NCBI GenBank assembly: GCA_963509715.1
Contig: CAUPCB010000004.1
Span: 3,888-67,887 of the forward strand
DNA: 64,000 nt
Direction of reading: 5' to 3'
From: an uncultured Flavobacteriaceae bacterium
GTDB taxonomy: Bacteria > Bacteroidota > Bacteroidia > Flavobacteriales > Weeksellaceae
Numbering within the stretch: the first letter of the stretch is position 1; each line of letters opens with the position of its first letter. The translations under genes and the position numbers were made by a program. The notes below the pieces were generated by a model, which did no database searches, had not been told where the DNA came from, and saw only the letters and a program-made list of their open reading frames with translations. Of the stretch, positions 57,228 to 64,000 are shown piece after piece.

Positions 57228-57404
57228 AAAAAACCCACAATAATCCATTTGTGATGTTAGAGTAAACTCCCTATCAACACGATTTGAGCTTATTTCTACT
57301 CTCTGTAATCCGACAAGATGACGGCACGCCATTGAGCAGACCTTTACTCGGTAATTGTTTAGCGTTGAGTTTACCTAAATAAAGTTAGAATTATTGCAGG
57401 CTTC
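57228..57404 (-). ncRNA. structured small RNA, candidate 6S RNA (ssrS-like); alternatively a structured rny leader
   Basis: This 225-nt zapA-rny spacer has no ORF. On the minus strand, CCUGCAAUAAUUC (57400-57388) pairs with GGAUUAUUGUGGG (57246-57234), and its G-U pairs are possible only on that strand. Further helices are GGUAAACUC (57375-57367)/GAGUUUACU (57269-57261) and AACGC (57366-57362)/GUGUU (57280-57276). The structure ends in U6 (57233-57228). Confidence 0.5.
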
Positions 57405-57409
57405 ATTTA

Positions 57410-57709
57410 TTATTCTTTGTTATCCTCTTCCAGTTCCTCCAAAAAATTTATTACTTCTTTCAGCTTTTCATCAGCTTCTTTCAGCTCTCTATCTTTTTTC
57501 TGTAAATTAAACTCTGCACTTATCATAAGCCTAAGAGCAGTCATTGCAAGAGCATCCTGTTTGTCTTTGGTAGCATAGTTATCCTCCATCTCCTTTATTG
57601 TCATCTCTATATTTTTCCCTATCCTACGCACCACTTCCTCCTGCTCTGGGGTAATATACATTGCATAATACCGCCCTGCTATGTTTATTCTTATTTCCTG
57701 CTGAGCCAT
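57410..57709 (-). CDS. zapA: cell division protein ZapA
   Basis: 99 aa. N-terminal IRINIAGRYYAMYITPEQEE pattern and a C-terminal coiled coil. Confidence 0.8.
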   Translation of the reverse strand: MAQQEIRINIAGRYYAMYITPEQEEVVRRIGKNIEMTIKEMEDNYATKDKQDALAMTALRLMISAEFNLQKKDRELKEADEKLKEVINFLEELEEDNKE

Positions 57710-58011
57710 TACATTCCTGTATTTCTAAGATAAGCTATACATGCATCAATTTCCTTAATCAGTTTATTGATGTGATTTTTCATCAATCTATTATGGTCTG
57801 GATTACCAGAAATTGCTGAAATCAATTTTATCTTTTTTTGTTCCTCCTTCAACTCCTGATTTTCTCTCTGCTCCTCTTCATATTTCCCTTTCAGCAAATC
57901 ATATTTTTTCTGCAAATCCTCATATTCTTTTGATAATTCTTTATAATCCTTATTGATTTTTAGAATTTTATCTCTTAATACAGAAAAATTTTTATCTAAA
58001 TCTACTGACAT
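57709..58011 (-). CDS. small coiled-coil protein co-transcribed with zapA
   Basis: 100 aa. Heptad-rich KE sequence. Its stop overlaps the zapA start by 1 nt. Confidence 0.5.
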   Translation of the reverse strand: MSVDLDKNFSVLRDKILKINKDYKELSKEYEDLQKKYDLLKGKYEEEQRENQELKEEQKKIKLISAISGNPDHNRLMKNHINKLIKEIDACIAYLRNTGM

Positions 58012-58082
58012 CTCCAGAAGTTTGTTCTAACCTTAATACGCAAAATTACAATTTTTTTTGGATTTTTACTAAATTTTAAATT

Positions 58083-58110
58083 AAAAAACCATAAACTTTC
58101 GTCTATGGTT
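58083..58110 (-). terminator. intrinsic terminator after the porT-like gene
   Basis: On the minus strand AACCAUAGAC pairs with GUUUAUGGUU (10 bp, one G-U), GAAA loop, followed by U6. Confidence 0.75.
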
Positions 58111-58116
58111 CTCTTT

Positions 58117-58857
58117 TTATTCAAATTTTAGAACAAACATCAGTGCATTTGTTTTTAAGGAAGACATTGTTCCTGCCCAGTAGTTAGGCGTTGTCACATT
58201 ATCCTGAACTAGTTCATTATTTATCAAGAATGTTCCTCGTATGGCAGGAGTAAGTTTAAATTTAGAAAAATAAAACTGTATTCCTATCTCCGCTGACCAT
58301 GCAAAATTATTCGTTCTCGTTCTAAAAGTCCCTTGCAGATTGTCATTCACACTTTTTTCATTTGACTGCAAATTCACCAGCCAATTCACCCCTCCCGCAG
58401 CGTAAGGACGAGAATTAAACCATCTATTTCCATGAAGTTCCAGCATTACAGGAACATCTACATAGGTGGATTTCACCTTTCTCAAAGTATATAAATCTCT
58501 ATCCGCAGGATTTACCGCTAAAACTGCCGCGTTTTTAAAAGTAAGCTCTCGCTCCACGAACTGAATTCCTGGCTCTAGCCTGATATCCAAATAATCATTA
58601 AGTTTCATTCTTCCTATAAGTCCATCCCCAAATCCTACAGAATTTCTCACTATCACAGGGCTGTTTTGCTCTGAAAATCCGTTCGCCAGCTTCACTTTAT
58701 AATCAAAACTATTGGCATTTAGATAAAAACCATAGCTGTATTTATCCACATCTATCCACTCCAGCCTGTCTGGCCTGTCCCTGATATTAAACAGCGACTG
58801 TGCGTCTGACATTGAAAAAAGTCCAAACAATGATAATATTCCAAACAATTTTTTCAT
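58117..58857 (-). CDS. porT: PorT-like outer membrane beta-barrel protein (type IX secretion associated family)
   Basis: 246 aa. Signal peptide (SMSDAQS), alternating beta-strand pattern and C-terminal VLKFE. Sits immediately downstream of ubiE, as I recall for Flavobacteriia porT/sprT. Not verified by search. Confidence 0.5.
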   Translation of the reverse strand: MKKLFGILSLFGLFSMSDAQSLFNIRDRPDRLEWIDVDKYSYGFYLNANSFDYKVKLANGFSEQNSPVIVRNSVGFGDGLIGRMKLNDYLDIRLEPGIQFVERELTFKNAAVLAVNPADRDLYTLRKVKSTYVDVPVMLELHGNRWFNSRPYAAGGVNWLVNLQSNEKSVNDNLQGTFRTRTNNFAWSAEIGIQFYFSKFKLTPAIRGTFLINNELVQDNVTTPNYWAGTMSSLKTNALMFVLKFE

Positions 58858-58858
58858 C

Positions 58859-59590
58859 TTATTTTTTTGCTTTATAAATTGTTACAATTCCCAAACTTAA
58901 TTTTTTATACTCCACTTTTGAAAACCCCAAATCTAATAAAATATTTTTCATTCTCTCCCCACAAGGAAAATTCTGCACAGAGTCTGGCAGATAGGCATAC
59001 GCCTCCTTCTCACCAGAAATCATCTTTGCTAAAAATGGAAGCACTTTCCTAAAATAAAAATTATACAAAGGCGACAAAACTCCCTCCATTCTTGAAAATT
59101 CCAAAACATAGACATTTCCGTCTTCCTTGACCACTCGCCTCAGCTCACTTAAACCTTTTTCTAAGTTTTCAAAATTCCTTACTCCAAATCCAACGCTCAC
59201 AGCATCGAATTTATTACTTTCAAAAGGTAAATTTTCTGCATTTGCTTTCTGAATGGTTATGTCAGCTCCCAGCTCTTTGATTTTTTTATCGGCCAAATTG
59301 AGCATTTCTTGGGACAAATCCACAGCAGTTATTTTCACTCGGAAGTTTTTCCAAAGCGCTATCGCCAGTTCACCCGTTCCTGTGGCCACATCCAAAATTT
59401 GTTTTGGGTCATCGCTCTGCATCCATTTCACTAAGCTTTTTCGCCACAAAAGGTCTATCCGAAGTGAAAACAAGCGATTAAAGAAATCATATTTCGGAGC
59501 TATTCTATCGAACATATTTTCCACTCTCAAAGTTTTATTTGAGGCAGAATCATCTACTTTCGGATTTAAGTTCGATTGATTTTCAAGCAT
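58859..59590 (-). CDS. ubiE: demethylmenaquinone/ubiquinone methyltransferase UbiE/MenG
   Basis: 243 aa. FDRIAPKYDFFN, SAM motif LDVATGTGE and FGVRNF. Confidence 0.9.
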   Translation of the reverse strand: MLENQSNLNPKVDDSASNKTLRVENMFDRIAPKYDFFNRLFSLRIDLLWRKSLVKWMQSDDPKQILDVATGTGELAIALWKNFRVKITAVDLSQEMLNLADKKIKELGADITIQKANAENLPFESNKFDAVSVGFGVRNFENLEKGLSELRRVVKEDGNVYVLEFSRMEGVLSPLYNFYFRKVLPFLAKMISGEKEAYAYLPDSVQNFPCGERMKNILLDLGFSKVEYKKLSLGIVTIYKAKK

Positions 59591-59669
59591 TTAATATACC
59601 TTTCAAAATATATTCAGCGGCAAAGATATCACAAAAAAAATCAAATCTTCATTAAAAAAGCTTTTCCGA

Positions 59670-61778
59670 TTATTTCCCTGTTCTATTTAGCAAGTCATCT
59701 ATATTGGTGTCTCTTATGTCATTATCAAATTTCTTCCCTGTTTGGAACTGATAAGAGAATTTTATTGAAATTCCGCGAGAATTATTTTTAGTGTAATTAT
59801 AAGTATAAATCCCGTTGATATCCGAATATTCTTTCGCTCTATTGGTATTGAAAACATCGGAAATATTCAGTGTTAAATTCGCTTTATTTTCAAACAATGG
59901 AATTCTCAGATTCAGGTCTGTATAAAAATTGGAATAATTATAATTAAACTTCTGTCTGCTGGGCGTAGAGTAATTCACAGAAACATCTAATTTCACTTTT
60001 TTGAACAAATCAAAACTATGAATGTTCTCCAAAGTCGTATAATAAGAGTGGGTTGAAAGATTATACTGCCCTGCTTTGAAACTACTGTGAGAAAGATTTA
60101 TTTTATTGGTCGTATTCCAAAAATCAGCAATTTTTACAGGAATATTAATATTAAAAAGAAAAGTATTCTGATATCCAGCATTTTCAAGTTTTGAAAATAA
60201 AACCCCGCTGTTCAAGAGATTAGAAACATTGATAATGTTATTTTCTGAATAAAGATAGCGAAATACAAAAGAATATTTTTTCTTCAAAACATATCCTGCC
60301 TGTGAGATAAAATAATCCATTGGCTTCAGATGCTGATTTCCAGAACTCCACACATCGGTCTGCTCCACCATGATGGTAGGGTCATAGCTGAAAAAAGAAG
60401 GTCTGGTAAATCGTTTGGAAGCGTGAAGATAAAAAGTATGGTTTTTATCGTGAGTATATGTAACCGTTGCCGAAGGCTGAAATTTATTATAATTCACCCT
60501 GCCGTCTAATCCTTTATTCGTTTGAAAATCAGCATCAGTATATTCATTTCTTAATCCCAAATTATACTTTAATTTTCCTTTGGACAAAGAATAATTGAGA
60601 TAAGCGGAATATATATTTTCATTGAAATAAAAATTCTGTGAGCGACTGTCTATAAAAGTATCAAAACTATAATAATCAGCTGTATTTCTATTGTCACTAT
60701 TGGAAAATTTTACTCCAAATGAGAGCTTGTTCTGTTCGTTGATTTTTTTAGTGTAATCTGCTGAAGCTGTAAATATTTTATAATCTAATCTGCCGTTTTG
60801 GGTATAATTTTCTGAATTTAAAAATAAACCATTTGCATAAAAATCATTATAACTCCTGAACGGATTATAAAACTTCTCCAAAGCATAGTCTGCATTGATA
60901 GTCAGCTCATCATCCTTGTCTGATGAAAAGTCATACTGCAAGGAAAAAGTATGCGTTTTATCTTTGGTTTCAGAAAAATTGTTAATAAAAGAAGTCCCCG
61001 AACTGGATAAAGTCTGAGTTTTGTAGTGATAAACATAGTTTTTATCCAAATCCATATCGGCTGTATAGTTGTAAAGGAAACTCAGCTTATGTTTATCATT
61101 AAAATCATAATCCAAATTAAAGGTTGCATTATTCCCAAAACGCTTGGTTTTGCCTCCATATTCGCCCTCTCTAGTCAGCTGGTCAGTCCATTTTTGAAGG
61201 GAGTTTCCTTTCGCATCAGAATATTTTATGAAATAATCTCCAGATGCATAAACTCTGAGTTTCCCAAAGGTTGCCATATAGTTAGCATTGCTGTTATGCC
61301 CAAATTTATCATTATAATAAACGCCTGTTCCCAGCCCAAGAACCTGCCCTTCCACTTTTTTAGTTGTAATGATAATCTGCGCTGTGTAGCGACTGTCCAT
61401 AGAAGCATCTGGAGTATCATTTATCTCTATACTCTTTATAATTTTGGCATCCAAAGAAGACAGAAAAGTATCAAACTGGTCAGGGCTTATTTTGACTTCT
61501 TTTTTGTTAAGAATGATTTGTATTTTATCACTTCCCAAAATTTTCAACCCATTGGAATAGCTGACATTTGGAGAAAATTTTATAATTTCAGAAACATTCT
61601 CTTTCTGCTCCAGCATTGTCCCTGAAACATTCAGTTGGTACCCTTTTAAAGTCTGTGCTACAGGCTGTTTCTTTATTATAGAAACTTCTTTTATCTCTGT
61701 AACTTTCACAGAATCTTTCTTCTCCTGTGCTAAAAACACAGCAGGAATCAACCCAATGAAATAAAATGTTTTCTTCAT
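59670..61778 (-). CDS. outer membrane beta-barrel family protein (TonB-dependent-receptor-like)
   Basis: 702 aa. Signal peptide, plug-like N-terminus, and a long Tyr/Asn/Ser-rich strand region with the barrel-type sequence SIKFSYQF near the C-terminus. Confidence 0.7.
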   Translation of the reverse strand: MKKTFYFIGLIPAVFLAQEKKDSVKVTEIKEVSIIKKQPVAQTLKGYQLNVSGTMLEQKENVSEIIKFSPNVSYSNGLKILGSDKIQIILNKKEVKISPDQFDTFLSSLDAKIIKSIEINDTPDASMDSRYTAQIIITTKKVEGQVLGLGTGVYYNDKFGHNSNANYMATFGKLRVYASGDYFIKYSDAKGNSLQKWTDQLTREGEYGGKTKRFGNNATFNLDYDFNDKHKLSFLYNYTADMDLDKNYVYHYKTQTLSSSGTSFINNFSETKDKTHTFSLQYDFSSDKDDELTINADYALEKFYNPFRSYNDFYANGLFLNSENYTQNGRLDYKIFTASADYTKKINEQNKLSFGVKFSNSDNRNTADYYSFDTFIDSRSQNFYFNENIYSAYLNYSLSKGKLKYNLGLRNEYTDADFQTNKGLDGRVNYNKFQPSATVTYTHDKNHTFYLHASKRFTRPSFFSYDPTIMVEQTDVWSSGNQHLKPMDYFISQAGYVLKKKYSFVFRYLYSENNIINVSNLLNSGVLFSKLENAGYQNTFLFNINIPVKIADFWNTTNKINLSHSSFKAGQYNLSTHSYYTTLENIHSFDLFKKVKLDVSVNYSTPSRQKFNYNYSNFYTDLNLRIPLFENKANLTLNISDVFNTNRAKEYSDINGIYTYNYTKNNSRGISIKFSYQFQTGKKFDNDIRDTNIDDLLNRTGK

Positions 61779-62089
61779 TCTTTTTTGTCCAAATTTAAAT
61801 AAAAAAATCAGAGATTATTGCTAATTGGCTTTTTTATAGTCTTGTTCTGATTTTTAACTCACCTTTATTTATTGCTTAAAAACCATGCTCCTCCTGTCTG
61901 TAAATGATATATTTCCATACCCTGACACATTGTATTTATGATTAAAAAAACACCATCAAATATATAAATATTAAAATATCATTTCTTAGAGGAATGTATC
62001 CATATAATTTGTATTTTTGTGTTTTTTGAACTTCTCATAATATAAAATTATAAGAAGTTTTTTGAAATAACCCCCTCAAAAAAAATACT

Positions 62090-64000
62090 ATGAATTCGAA
62101 CTTTTATTTTTTACAAGAAGATTATAACTTATTATACAATATTGCCTATTTATCTGAGAAAAACCTCTATTCTGACCCAAACACCTGCATGTTTAAACTC
62201 AGACAGTTCAGTGAAGTAATGGTCAATAAAATTTATCAAATCGAACATATCCCTATTCCTATAGAGAGCAATCAGGCTTCTAAAATCAATACACTTAAAA
62301 GAGAAGGCATCATAGAGCCTATTATTTCTGATATTCTGCATCAGTTAAGACTCAAAGGCAATGATGCTGTACACTCAGTCTATGCATCTGAGGAAACTGC
62401 AGAAACGCTGTTAAAAATGGCTTACCGATTGGCTCGCTGGTTTGCATTATCTTATGGCGAAGGGACAAAGGGGCATTCAGAATTTATACTTCCTGAAAAA
62501 CACTCGATTTCTGTAGATGAACTAAAATCCGAAAAAGAAGCTCAAGAAAAACAAATAGAAACACTCAAAAACAAACTTTTTGAACTTCAAAAACAGAAAG
62601 AATATTTGGAGGAAAGCCAATCCAAAGAATTTTTGTCCGCACAAAAAGAGCGTGTAAAAAAATCTCAAAAATATGCAGGAGAGCTTACTCTCTCGGAAGC
62701 TGAAACCAGAAAAATAATCGATGCTCAATTAGAAGAAGCAGGATGGCAAGCAGACTCTATTAATTTAAAATACTCCAAAGGCACTCGCCCTGAAAAAGGC
62801 AAAAATATAGCAATAGCCGAATTTCCTACTGATAAAGGCAAGGCAGATTATGCTCTGTTTGTAGGTTTGCAATTGGTAGGCATCGTGGAAGCAAAAGCTG
62901 AATATAAGGACATTTCAGCAATTATTGCTAATCAGTGTAAGGATTATGCAACCAGCATAAAATCAGAACATTCCGAATATATCATTTCCAAATGGGGAGA
63001 CTATAAAGTACCCTTTGTGTTTGCTACCAATGGACGAAAATATCTGAAACAATTGGAAACCAAATCTGGAATATGGTTTTTGGACACGCGCCGAAATGAT
63101 AACATTCCCAAGGCTTTACAAAATTGGAAAAGTCCACAAGGCCTGTTGGAAGATTTGGAAAAAGACATAGAAAAAGCCAACCAAAAACTTAATGAAACGC
63201 CTTACGATTTATTGAAAGATAAGGGCGGGCTCAATCTTCGTGAATACCAGATAAGAGCCATAGAAGCTACTGAAAAAGAACTAATTAACGGCAAGCAGTC
63301 GATTTTACTTTCAATGGCAACAGGAACAGGGAAAACTCGCACGATATTAGGAATGATTTATCGTTTCCTAAAAACACAGCGTTTCAAAAGAATACTGTTT
63401 TTAGTGGATAGAACTTCCCTTGGCGAGCAGGCTCATGATGTATTCAAAGAGGTACGATTGGAAGACTTACAAACCTTGGATAACTTATACAATATCAAAG
63501 GCTTAGAGGATAAAAACATTGACCGAGAAACCAAAATTCATCTAAGTACAGTTCAGGCGATGGTCAAACGGATTTTGTACAATGACAGCGAAGGTACTCC
63601 ATCGGTTTCGGATTATGATTTGATTATCATCGATGAAGCCCACAGAGGATATACCCTGGATAAAGAAATGGGAGAAGATGAGTTGGAATTTAGAAATCAG
63701 GAAGATTTTGTCAGTAAGTATAGAACTGTAATAGAATACTTTGACGCTGTAAAAATAGCCGTCACTGCCACTCCTGCCCTGCACACCACCGAGATTTTCG
63801 GGAAACCTGTATTTGAATACTCGTACAGAGAAGCTGTTTTAGACGGGTTTTTAGTAGATTATAATCTTCCTCATCAGATTATCACAAAATTAAGAAAAGA
63901 AGGCGTTCACTATCAAAAAGGAGATACTGTTCAGATTTTTGACCCAGAGAAAAACGAAATTACTGATTTCTCAGAACTTGAAGATGAACTTGATTTTGAT
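62090..64000 (+). CDS. hsdR: type I restriction endonuclease subunit R (partial; 637 codons, continues beyond window end)
   Basis: Not in the ORF track because there is no stop in the window. Hand translation from ATG 62090 stays open to 64000. Order of parts: N-terminal DUF4145-like region, coiled coil, PD-(D/E)xK nuclease (KADYALF...VGIVEAK), then helicase motifs REYQIRAI, SMATGTGKTRT, IIIDEAHRG and VTATP. Confidence 0.85.
   Translation, partial: MNSNFYFLQEDYNLLYNIAYLSEKNLYSDPNTCMFKLRQFSEVMVNKIYQIEHIPIPIESNQASKINTLKREGIIEPIISDILHQLRLKGNDAVHSVYASEETAETLLKMAYRLARWFALSYGEGTKGHSEFILPEKHSISVDELKSEKEAQEKQIETLKNKLFELQKQKEYLEESQSKEFLSAQKERVKKSQKYAGELTLSEAETRKIIDAQLEEAGWQADSINLKYSKGTRPEKGKNIAIAEFPTDKGKADYALFVGLQLVGIVEAKAEYKDISAIIANQCKDYATSIKSEHSEYIISKWGDYKVPFVFATNGRKYLKQLETKSGIWFLDTRRNDNIPKALQNWKSPQGLLEDLEKDIEKANQKLNETPYDLLKDKGGLNLREYQIRAIEATEKELINGKQSILLSMATGTGKTRTILGMIYRFLKTQRFKRILFLVDRTSLGEQAHDVFKEVRLEDLQTLDNLYNIKGLEDKNIDRETKIHLSTVQAMVKRILYNDSEGTPSVSDYDLIIIDEAHRGYTLDKEMGEDELEFRNQEDFVSKYRTVIEYFDAVKIAVTATPALHTTEIFGKPVFEYSYREAVLDGFLVDYNLPHQIITKLRKEGVHYQKGDTVQIFDPEKNEITDFSELEDELDFD

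Noticed and set aside
61026-61625. 199-aa plus-strand ORF
   Set aside because: Antisense shadow inside the 702-aa outer-membrane barrel gene.
62150-63784. Three short minus-strand ORFs (62150-62341, 62522-62728, 63542-63784), the only track entries in this region
   Set aside because: All lie antisense to the long open hsdR frame that starts at 62090. That frame has clear nuclease and helicase motifs.
1-64000. Search for CRISPR arrays, rRNA/tRNA genes, IS elements, integrases and prophage blocks
   Set aside because: No regularly spaced direct repeats, no GC-rich cloverleaf-like segments in spacers, and no transposase, integrase or phage structural ORFs were seen. The only structured non-coding segment is at 57228-57404.

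Overview
This is an AT-rich chromosomal segment that reads as Bacteroidota/Flavobacteriia. That assignment is an inference from recurrent TAnnTTTG -7 promoter boxes, PorT-like and TamL-like outer-membrane genes, and DUF families typical of the phylum. It holds about 64 densely packed protein-coding genes, most of them core housekeeping: purA, hpt, adk, obg, korB-like, murA, mpl-like, relA/spoT, nhaA, rlmH, ychF, pepN, thyA, recQ, kpsF, tatC, clpP, dnaG, speA/speB, FabH-like, rny, zapA and ubiE. Many convergent gene pairs are separated by clean GC-stem/T-run hairpins. I saw no rRNA, tRNA, CRISPR array, transposase or integrase. I could not identify a complete, clearly novel multi-gene system, so the window is mostly ordinary. 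The leads worth follow-up are: (1) a strand-specific rod-like RNA structure between zapA and rny, a candidate 6S RNA that no ORF track can report; (2) two genes broken by single-base shifts in A-runs, a WGR+DUF4240 gene and a small membrane protein split at an A8 tract; (3) three small accessory pockets, namely a tandem pair of acidic immunity-like paralogues (11.9-12.9 kb), an overlapping toxin-antitoxin-like pair between recQ and a glycosyltransferase (42.6-43.3 kb), and a very AT-rich tandem pair of secreted paralogues with a conserved C-terminal motif (45.6-46.5 kb); (4) a type I restriction hsdR that I translated by hand (62090 to the window end, missing from the ORF track), which probably opens a defence locus continuing beyond the window. 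All family names come from motif recognition by eye. No database search was run. Several ORF-track starts are non-ATG or over-extended and were trimmed.
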